IMG/VR virus record: IMGVR_UViG_3300012942_000063
Coordinates: 1-47,977 of that record
From: a virus
Taxonomy: Duplodnaviria; Caudoviricetes
Reading direction: 5' to 3' (one strand)
DNA: 47,977 nucleotides
The position numbers and the translations under genes are program-made. Shown in pieces: positions 27,771-35,077 of the stretch. Under the pieces are notes generated by a model. It worked only from the letters and a program-made list of their open reading frames with translations. It was not told the DNA's origin and searched no databases. Numbering within the stretch: position 1 is the stretch's first letter; every line of letters starts with the position of its first letter.

Positions 27771-28529
27771 CTAGGCTCCACCACCCGTCGCGCTGGTGGT
27801 GGAAATGATGCCGATCTCGTTCGCGTCGTTGGCTTGCGCTTGGAACGACACTTCCGGCATGGTGTAATCGTCCTGCTTGAGCGGGAGCGACAGCTTGTCG
27901 GAGGTGCAGCTGAACAGGACCAGCGTGAACTGCTTGCCGTTGTAGGTCTGCGAGAACACCATCTGGAATTTCGGGGTGTTGCCCATCAGCTGATTGTTGA
28001 TGGTGACAGAGCCCGAACCGGCGGTGGCGGCGGTGTAGATGTAAGTCACTATCAGGTTCGCGCTCGCATCCGCCTCGGCGAAGGTGTACGTGCCCGTCGC
28101 GGGATCGACCGAATATTCGCCGGCCTCCGGGTCCGCCGTGACCTGCTTGAACTGGGTGCCGTCGATCTTGGCAACCCCCAAGTCCATGTAGAAGGTCGCG
28201 CCGTTGGCAACGGCAGCGGTGAACGGGGTAGCGGCCGGGACCGTCACGGCCTCGTTCGTTACCTGCTTCAACTCGCTGCCTGTGGTGAGGGTCTCACCGA
28301 AGTACAGCTGGTTGTAGGCGTTCACGTCGATGTTCGCCGTGCCGACCTTGCCCTCAATCTTGGTCTTGCCGCGCGCGACGTCGAGCGGATACTGGTACTG
28401 GCCGTACAGCTGCTTGATGTCGCCCGAGAAATCGATCGATGCGTCCTGCAGAGCGCCGATGCGCAGCGGCGCACCACCGCCAACCGGGGTCCCGTAGATT
28501 TGCCCGGTGCCGAACATGTACTGTGTCAT
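27771..28529 (-). CDS. Major tail (tube) protein
   Basis: Position, size, beta-rich composition, GALQDASIDFSG..KQLYGQ motif. Confidence 0.85.
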   Translation of the reverse strand: MTQYMFGTGQIYGTPVGGGAPLRIGALQDASIDFSGDIKQLYGQYQYPLDVARGKTKIEGKVGTANIDVNAYNQLYFGETLTTGSELKQVTNEAVTVPAATPFTAAVANGATFYMDLGVAKIDGTQFKQVTADPEAGEYSVDPATGTYTFAEADASANLIVTYIYTAATAGSGSVTINNQLMGNTPKFQMVFSQTYNGKQFTLVLFSCTSDKLSLPLKQDDYTMPEVSFQAQANDANEIGIISTTSATGGGA

Positions 28530-28789
28530 AGCCCCTTTACCTCCTTGACGATATGCTCAACAAGGGCGGGCAGCCCTGATTGAAGGTGGTTCCACGCGGC
28601 GGTTGCCTGCGATACCGGCGAGTTCCGGAGGTGCTCCTTGACAAAGGCGCTGACCCCCCTCTCGACCGAGGCAATCAGGTCTTCAACCTTCACCTCGATC
28701 TTCTCGGCTTCGTCCTTGACCGCATCGACGACCTTTTCCACCTCGGTGGCGACGTCAAAGTCGATTGCGCTGTCGATCTCTCGTTTCAT
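28526..28789 (-). CDS. Hypothetical virion-region protein
   Basis: ATGA-coupled to tail tube gene. Confidence 0.65.
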   Translation of the reverse strand: MKREIDSAIDFDVATEVEKVVDAVKDEAEKIEVKVEDLIASVERGVSAFVKEHLRNSPVSQATAAWNHLQSGLPALVEHIVKEVKGL

Positions 28790-28798
28790 GTCGTCCCC

Positions 28799-29281
28799 CT
28801 AGGGCACCAGCAGCTTGATCGGCACCACAATAAGCGCCTGATTGTCAATGTCGCCGGGGTCCTTGAACACCGCTCCGGAAATGAAGCAGTGATAGACCAG
28901 TCCCTGCAAGGTATTTCTCTCGTCAAGGAACCCCGGGTCCGTGGGTTTCGGGGCGATAACTCGCTCCAGCGCGCTTATAATCAGGTTATTGGTGATCGTC
29001 GGCACCGCCTTGGGGTCGCTGCCCGCCTGATGATAGACCATCCACGAAGCGTCCCACGTCCGCTTGTAAGGCAGGTTGGTCTTCTGCGCGAATGTCTCGC
29101 CGTGTTCGGCCTGCCCGACCCACGGCTGCTGCGCAGTGGGGACTTGATCGAACAGGACGATGCGACGTGTCTTGGTGACGAACTGCTTGACCGCCGGGGC
29201 ATCGTCGGTCCCGATGTTCCACGAAGCTTCGGCGAGGAGCCCAAACAGCGCTTGAAAGACCTGTTCGCGGAGATCGGTCAT
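28799..29281 (-). CDS. Tail terminator/completion protein
   Basis: Synteny; TLQGLVYHCFISG..DPGD motif. Confidence 0.7.
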   Translation of the reverse strand: MTDLREQVFQALFGLLAEASWNIGTDDAPAVKQFVTKTRRIVLFDQVPTAQQPWVGQAEHGETFAQKTNLPYKRTWDASWMVYHQAGSDPKAVPTITNNLIISALERVIAPKPTDPGFLDERNTLQGLVYHCFISGAVFKDPGDIDNQALIVVPIKLLVP

Positions 29282-29781
29282 CCCTTCACCTGTTTCTGAA
29301 CCGCCTGCACCACCGCCGTCTTCATCTCGGTCGAAATTTGGGCAGACATGTCGGTCAGCGACGATCGAAGGAAGCTACGCTCTGGCATCTTCGACCCGGG
29401 GTGGTTCACCCTCATGGCGAACGTCATCTTGCCACTTTTCCCCATGAACGCCAGCACGTTCGCTTTCTTCGGGACGATGACGTGCGGGGGTGTCACGCCA
29501 CCATACTCGTGGATGCCTGCGTACTTGACGTCGCCGGACGAGAACACCATGCCGAACACGGCGGAAACGGCGCGTTCGACCTTGCTGTGGATCGAACGCG
29601 ACAACGCGCCCGTGATACGGTTAAGGACCTGCCCGTTTAACTTGTTAGTCTTGACGTACGCCTCCAGCTTGAGCGACAAGCTAAGCACCTTGGCATAGAG
29701 CGCCTCGTTCACCGCCTGCGGCATGCTGTCGAGCCGGGCGATTATCTGGCGATCGCCGACTAGGGTGATGTTGACGATCAT
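29278..29781 (-). CDS. Neck/tail completion protein (HK97 gp10-like)
   Basis: TGALSRSI, YAGIHEYGG, MPERSFLRSS motifs. Confidence 0.8.
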   Translation of the reverse strand: MIVNITLVGDRQIIARLDSMPQAVNEALYAKVLSLSLKLEAYVKTNKLNGQVLNRITGALSRSIHSKVERAVSAVFGMVFSSGDVKYAGIHEYGGVTPPHVIVPKKANVLAFMGKSGKMTFAMRVNHPGSKMPERSFLRSSLTDMSAQISTEMKTAVVQAVQKQVKG

Positions 29782-30596
29782 CCGACCGGAACCACTTGTC
29801 GATAGGGGGACAGCAGATCGTGAACGTAATCGCTCATCGACTTCTGCGAGAAGCTGACGGTTTCCTGCCCGCCGAGAGACTTCGACACGACGCCGATGCG
29901 GTCCATGTAGCGGAAGCGCTCGCCCGCCAGTTCCCACACGGCCTGTTCGATATCAGGCGGCACGAAGCTGTACAGGATGTCCACCACGGTGCCCGCATCC
30001 GCCGCGTTGAAGGTGTACTGCCCGTCGCTGTTGATGGTGTACTGCCCCGCCTGCGGGTCCGCCGCGACCTGCTCGAACACCTCTCCGTTGACGCCGCTGA
30101 CCGAGACATTCTCAATCCACGTCTGCCGGGTGGTGTATTGATACAGGTCGCCCGGGATCGTCACCCGGCAATCCTTGGTTACATAACCGGCGGTGTACCG
30201 GATGGCGATCGACCCCCGCGCGCGCGGGAAGCACCGGCCGTACAGGTTGAGACGACGCGACCCAATAATCGAGTATTCCGGCTCGACGACGTAACCGTTG
30301 GTGTACGGGGTGCTGAACCCGTCGCCCGAGGCCGCGTTCACGATCGTCCCCGCGAAGGACAGGCCCGTCACCTCGTAGACCGGCCCCCGGCGCAGCACCA
30401 TGAAGCTGTTGCCATAACCGTCATAGGTTTCGGCGTACTGGCTAAGCGCTAGCGTTTCACGGTTCATGAAATTGAGAACGAAGGCGCTGGCGGACCTGAT
30501 CAACCGACGTAGAAGCTCGTCCGAAGCCGACTCCGTGTTCGGAAGGTTCAGCCACGACTTGAGATGCTCAAGAGTAGTCAGGTCGCCAGCGTTCAT
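29778..30596 (-). CDS. Head-tail adaptor/connector with inserted beta module
   Basis: LTTLEHLKSWL start, YTAGY, VPPDIEQAV, LLSPYR end. Confidence 0.8.
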   Translation of the reverse strand: MNAGDLTTLEHLKSWLNLPNTESASDELLRRLIRSASAFVLNFMNRETLALSQYAETYDGYGNSFMVLRRGPVYEVTGLSFAGTIVNAASGDGFSTPYTNGYVVEPEYSIIGSRRLNLYGRCFPRARGSIAIRYTAGYVTKDCRVTIPGDLYQYTTRQTWIENVSVSGVNGEVFEQVAADPQAGQYTINSDGQYTFNAADAGTVVDILYSFVPPDIEQAVWELAGERFRYMDRIGVVSKSLGGQETVSFSQKSMSDYVHDLLSPYRQVVPVG

Positions 30597-30600
30597 CGCG

Positions 30601-31164
30601 TTACTCCGACTTGCTCTTCTCGGCGAGCAAGTCCTTGGCGGCGGTGAGCGCCGCCTCGGTGGACACGTTGGCGGCGATCGAACCGCCGTTCTCGTTGATC
30701 CACGCCACCAGCTGATCACGGTTCATCGCCCCGAGATCGGCCTCCGTGATGGGGGTGGCACCTCCCGCGCTCGACGAGGTATCACGCGACGCAGCGTCGG
30801 CGGTGTCGGTCCCCGTGGTGCCCGGGCCGGCGGTGGCCGCTCGGAGGGCGTCCTGCGCCGCCGTCAACTCGGACGACAGACGGGCATTATCGGCCTCGAG
30901 GAAACTGGCCCTTGAGGCCAACGCGGCGTTTTCGGAGACGAGATCGTTGAAACGGTCCTGCATGTCGGGATCGGACGCCATTTCCGTGACGCCTACCACC
31001 GCACTGGCCCCCGGCGCGTAGGGATCGAATGGGCGCAGGCCCAAACGATGGAGCTTGGGCACGTGGAGCGCATCGTTCACTTCGACGTGACCGTCCTCAT
31101 CCGGCCGGTATTCGACGCCGCCGATCACGGCGTGTGAGAAATGTTGGGGGGCTGTCATCCTCAT
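30601..31164 (-). CDS. Hypothetical head-associated protein
   Basis: Directly after capsid gene; coiled coil and short C-terminal helical motif. Confidence 0.7.
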   Translation of the reverse strand: MRMTAPQHFSHAVIGGVEYRPDEDGHVEVNDALHVPKLHRLGLRPFDPYAPGASAVVGVTEMASDPDMQDRFNDLVSENAALASRASFLEADNARLSSELTAAQDALRAATAGPGTTGTDTADAASRDTSSSAGGATPITEADLGAMNRDQLVAWINENGGSIAANVSTEAALTAAKDLLAEKSKSE

Positions 31165-31195
31165 CGCATGTGTTCCTTCTGCTTGAGTTCGAACG

Positions 31196-31230
31196 AAAAG
31201 GGGGACCCCCGTGTTACCGGAAGCCCCCCT
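31196..31230 (-). terminator. Rho-independent terminator after major capsid gene
   Basis: Minus strand GGGGGGCTTCCG-gtaaca-CGGGGGTCCCCC-TTTT. Confidence 0.75.
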
Positions 31231-31249
31231 CTCGCCCGCGACCCGGGAC

Positions 31250-32764
31250 TTACGCCGCCGCGCCGATGTTGTCGATCACGCCGAGCGAGGGCGGGAAGTA
31301 GTGCTGGAGCACTTCGTCCGCGTAGATGCCGTACTCGTACTTTCGCGAGCGCAGCGGCCATTCGATCTGGTAATAGTCCTGACGGGTCCGGACCTGTACC
31401 ACGTTGGTGACGTTCGACAGCGGGTAGGGCAGCGTCTTGGTGTTGAACAAGATGGTGCCAGCCGGCATGTTCGGGTGGATGCGGATCGGGATCACCTGCC
31501 CGCCGGCCATGCTGAACCGGTTGAGGTATTCCTTCACCATCACACCGCCCGCGACGATGCCGTCCTTGATGTCCGCCGTGAATCGGAGGTTCGAAGACGA
31601 GCCGCCCGCGAGGATCAGCTGGCTGATCGCCAGTGCTTCCTGCGAGTTGACCCAAATCTCCGACGGCGAAAGACGAAGCACGTCCCAGAAGTGCTTGAGC
31701 GCCGCGTCGATCTCGACCACACCGCCCTTGTTGTCGCCCGTCAACGGCTTGCCGTCGTTGTGCGCCACGTAGGCGTTGCTGTCCGTCTTGTACGCCTGCG
31801 TGAGCAAGCCATCGAAGACGAGGTTGTTGACCGAGTTGTCGGTCGCCGGCATATCCGCCGCCGTCTGCGTACCGCCGCCCTCGCTGGTGAGGATCGTCAC
31901 CGTGTTGACGGTGGTGATGGCACCGAGCTTCGGGGTGCCAGCGGCCCCCGCCGACCAGTACCACGCGTAGCCGACAGCGCCGTTGACGACATCGACCGTG
32001 GCCGTGACGCCCTGCGTATTGGTGCCGGCAGCCAGAACGATCGTGGCGTCATTCGACTTCTTCGCCGAGCCGCCGCCGAAGGTGTCTTCCGATCCGTCCG
32101 CGTTCTGGCGCGTTTCCGTCCCCGGAACGCCGCCCGCGACCGTCGAGTTGAGCAGACCCTCGAGCGTCAGAGCAACGCAGACCACGCGGATCGTACCGTC
32201 GCTGATCGAGCCGCCCTCGGTGAGCGCCGCCAGATCGGGCGTCGGCGTGGTGCCGAGCGCCAGCGAGCCGTTGCCGCCGAGCAGGAGGATTTCCTCGCCG
32301 AGCATCAGCGCTTCAAGACCCGTCCGGGCCGCGATCGCGCGGATATCGTCGAAGCCCTGGCCGGCGTATTGCGCTTCGAAGTCTACGTTGGACTCGAGAC
32401 CGATGCCCTTGTAGGCGGCGGTGTAGTCCTTCGTGGTGACGGCGATCACGCCGCCCCGGTTGCCGCCCGACACGCCGATGCGAACGCCCGACGAGTTGAT
32501 GGCGGTGATGGCGCGCCAGTTGGCCTGAATGCCGCCCTTGCCCGAGACGCGCGGAATTTCGTTGCGCAGCGGGGTCAGAACCGGGTACAGGAACTTGGCA
32601 CCGAGTTCGAGATCGTAGAAGGTCAGGCCACTGGTGGGCGAGCCCGACTGCGAGAAGGTGCTCTTCGCAAGCCCATCGGGAAGCCGGGGATCGGCGATCG
32701 GGGCTTGGAAAGCCTTCTGCAACTCCGCCTGCATCTGCTGCAGGGTGTCGGCGTTCACAGACAT
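31250..32764 (-). CDS. Major capsid protein
   Basis: After protease/scaffold; YDLELGAKFLYPVLTPLRNEIPR, IHPNMPAGTI; strong codon bias; followed by terminator. Confidence 0.88.
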   Translation of the reverse strand: MSVNADTLQQMQAELQKAFQAPIADPRLPDGLAKSTFSQSGSPTSGLTFYDLELGAKFLYPVLTPLRNEIPRVSGKGGIQANWRAITAINSSGVRIGVSGGNRGGVIAVTTKDYTAAYKGIGLESNVDFEAQYAGQGFDDIRAIAARTGLEALMLGEEILLLGGNGSLALGTTPTPDLAALTEGGSISDGTIRVVCVALTLEGLLNSTVAGGVPGTETRQNADGSEDTFGGGSAKKSNDATIVLAAGTNTQGVTATVDVVNGAVGYAWYWSAGAAGTPKLGAITTVNTVTILTSEGGGTQTAADMPATDNSVNNLVFDGLLTQAYKTDSNAYVAHNDGKPLTGDNKGGVVEIDAALKHFWDVLRLSPSEIWVNSQEALAISQLILAGGSSSNLRFTADIKDGIVAGGVMVKEYLNRFSMAGGQVIPIRIHPNMPAGTILFNTKTLPYPLSNVTNVVQVRTRQDYYQIEWPLRSRKYEYGIYADEVLQHYFPPSLGVIDNIGAAA

Positions 32765-32906
32765 TTCCGTTTCCTCTTTCAATACGGAGTGTGGGACCAG
32801 ACACCCCCCTCATTTCAGTCCCGCAACAGGCTACCGTCCCCGGATGCCTTCTCCACCTCGCCGCCGGTTGCCCGTCCCCGGACCTTCGGCGAGGCTTTGA
32901 TCTTGT

Positions 32907-35027
32907 TCAACCAGCCGTGGCCCCCGCCGGGGGGATCATCGACCGACCACCGAACGAATGTGACATGCGAATGGCCGCATCCGCAAGCTGGTCCGGCGTG
33001 AATTTCTTGAGCAGGTCCTCGCGCGTCGGCACCTTGCCCGGCCCGTTCGTGTCGTCGTCGGCCTTCTCGACGATGCGCGTCGTCGGGGCCTTGGGCTGCG
33101 GGAGCGCCTTGATGCGCTCGATCTCGGACATCAGCCCCTTGACCAGCGGCGTGATCTCGGCCATCTCGGCCTTGAGCACGGCGTTCTCCTTCTCGAGACC
33201 GCTCACCTTCTGTAGAACGTCGTCGTCGCCGGCCGGCTCCGAAACCGGCGAGCGCTTTGCCAGCGCGTCGTTGACTCGGCCCAAAATGTCGGCCTTCTCG
33301 AGACCGAGCGTGGATGCGGCGAGTTCGATAACCGTGGTCGTGGTTTCGTCGAGCGGAACAATATCCATCGACATCGTGGCTTCCTTCTCGTCGGCGTTGT
33401 AAGCCGGCGCTCGAGCCGCCGCCGCCGCGATCATCTCCTGCACCTCCTCGGTGGCCATGGCCACGAGCGTTTGCCCGAGGTTCTGCAGGCTGTCCTGCAA
33501 CGCCTTCGGCATGGACGAGGGGTCGCTCTCGGCCGCTTCCTCGTAGCACACGGACTCGTGCAGGTAATCGAGGCTGCGCACGATGCACGACAGGCGCTCG
33601 ACGTTGTACATGCCCTTGGCCAGCGCGTCGCTTCCGAGGAAGTCTTGGAACTTGGTTAGCGACCCCTTGACTTCATCGCGCAACAGAGCCGTCTTCTCGA
33701 CGGCCGGGTCTTCCTCGGATGCCTCGACGCCGATCTTCGACGCCTCGTCCACCGTCTTGCGAAGCTGCTCGGCGAGCGACGGCTCCTTGTCCGCCTTGGC
33801 CAGTTCGGCATTGTGGGCGAGGGCATCGGCCTTCTTGGCGAAGAACTGCCCGTCCTTCGCGCGCCAGCCTTGTTCAACCTCGTCCCCTTCGACGAGATCG
33901 CCTTTCTTGGCGGCTTCCGCGTCCTTGTCGTCGGCGTCTTGGTCGCCATCGGCGTCGCCCCCGTCCTTCTTGTCCTTGTCCTTGTCCTTGTCCTTGTCCT
34001 TGTCCTTGTCCTTGTCGGCGAAGGGGCTGTCCGCCTTGGCAGCGGCGCAATCGGGACAGTCCGCCTTGTCGCAGTTCTCGACGTCGTGGCCGTCGGCGGC
34101 GTCCGCCTTCTCGGCAACGATCTGGTCGCGCGCCGCGTCGGCGAAGTCCAGCCAGTCGGCATCGGTCTTCCCCGCCGCCTTGGCGAGGGCCTGCGCGACG
34201 GGCAGGATTTCGTCGTTGGTCGGAACGTGCATGATCATGTCTCCGTTGTCGGCCTTCTCGGCCGCAGAAGGGGGACCGTCCTTGTCGATCTCTTCCTTCC
34301 ACGCGGCAATGATCTTGTCCTTGACCTTCTTGAGATCGGCCGACGAATACTTGTCGGCGTTCTTGGACTGGTTGATGTAGCTCCACGCGGAACGAATGTG
34401 CGCCTCGGTGTCGAGCGGGTATCGCTTCTTACCGTCTTCCTGATAACCGGGATCGGCATACTTGACGTCGCCGTACGGCTTGTCGCTGTCATCCGCCTTG
34501 GCCATGGCCTCCTCCACCAGTTCGGGATGGAACTCACGATGTTCGGTGAGGCCGTCAGCCTTGACTACCTCGAAAGTCGCCGTGGGAATGCAGGGCTTGT
34601 CGACGAGACTAATCTCGATCGGCGCGGCGACGTAGCGCTTCTGGTCGCCTTTGGTCAGGCGTTTGACGTAGCGGCCCCCCATCGAGAAGCCGGTGTAGCC
34701 GCCAGCCTTGACCATCTCCCATTCGGCGTCATCGATCACCTTCGCACAGGCATTGATGGTCTTGGCTTCGTCATCAAACCCGAGCGGGGACGCAACGATC
34801 CCGGCAACCTTGCTGGTGTGCATCACCCGCACGTTTCCGTACGACTTGCCGCCGCTGGTCGCGTAGGCGTTGTCCGACCACTTCTCGAAGTATTCCTTCG
34901 ACCCGTCGTAGTCGAACACCTCGCCCGAATTGTCGAGAACCTCCGCCGCCACCTGCCCATAGACAAGCCGCTGCTCTTCATCGATCTTGTTGATCGGGAT
35001 GAAAATCTTAAGGTTGTCGATTGACAT
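32907..35027 (-). CDS. Prohead protease-scaffold fusion
   Basis: EEQRLVYG, VRVMH, YTGFSMGG, EISLVDKPC protease motifs; DUF6582-like YGDVKYADPG..KRYPLDT; acidic coiled-coil C-terminus. Confidence 0.85.
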   Translation of the reverse strand: MSIDNLKIFIPINKIDEEQRLVYGQVAAEVLDNSGEVFDYDGSKEYFEKWSDNAYATSGGKSYGNVRVMHTSKVAGIVASPLGFDDEAKTINACAKVIDDAEWEMVKAGGYTGFSMGGRYVKRLTKGDQKRYVAAPIEISLVDKPCIPTATFEVVKADGLTEHREFHPELVEEAMAKADDSDKPYGDVKYADPGYQEDGKKRYPLDTEAHIRSAWSYINQSKNADKYSSADLKKVKDKIIAAWKEEIDKDGPPSAAEKADNGDMIMHVPTNDEILPVAQALAKAAGKTDADWLDFADAARDQIVAEKADAADGHDVENCDKADCPDCAAAKADSPFADKDKDKDKDKDKDKDKKDGGDADGDQDADDKDAEAAKKGDLVEGDEVEQGWRAKDGQFFAKKADALAHNAELAKADKEPSLAEQLRKTVDEASKIGVEASEEDPAVEKTALLRDEVKGSLTKFQDFLGSDALAKGMYNVERLSCIVRSLDYLHESVCYEEAAESDPSSMPKALQDSLQNLGQTLVAMATEEVQEMIAAAAARAPAYNADEKEATMSMDIVPLDETTTTVIELAASTLGLEKADILGRVNDALAKRSPVSEPAGDDDVLQKVSGLEKENAVLKAEMAEITPLVKGLMSEIERIKALPQPKAPTTRIVEKADDDTNGPGKVPTREDLLKKFTPDQLADAAIRMSHSFGGRSMIPPAGATAG
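33969..34016 (-). repeat. Hexamer tandem repeat (GACAAG)8 encoding (DK)8
   Basis: Eight perfect CTTGTC units on the + strand. Confidence 0.95.
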
Positions 35028-35077
35028 GTTCGACGATACGCCCCGCCCTAGAATAGCGAGAAAAAGACCACCCGAGT

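Noticed and set aside
31211-33001. 596-aa + strand ORF and other long antisense ORFs (3312-4280, 8459-9436, 33813-35024, 41113-42396)
   Set aside because: Shadows of GC3-biased genes on the opposite strand; no motifs or RBS
33969-34016. Tandem repeat as a possible CRISPR array
   Set aside because: 6-bp in-frame coding microsatellite with no spacers; no CRISPR array seen in the window
35021-35026. TTGACA hexamer as promoter
   Set aside because: It is the reverse complement of the protease N-terminal codons and lacks the CTGTG element
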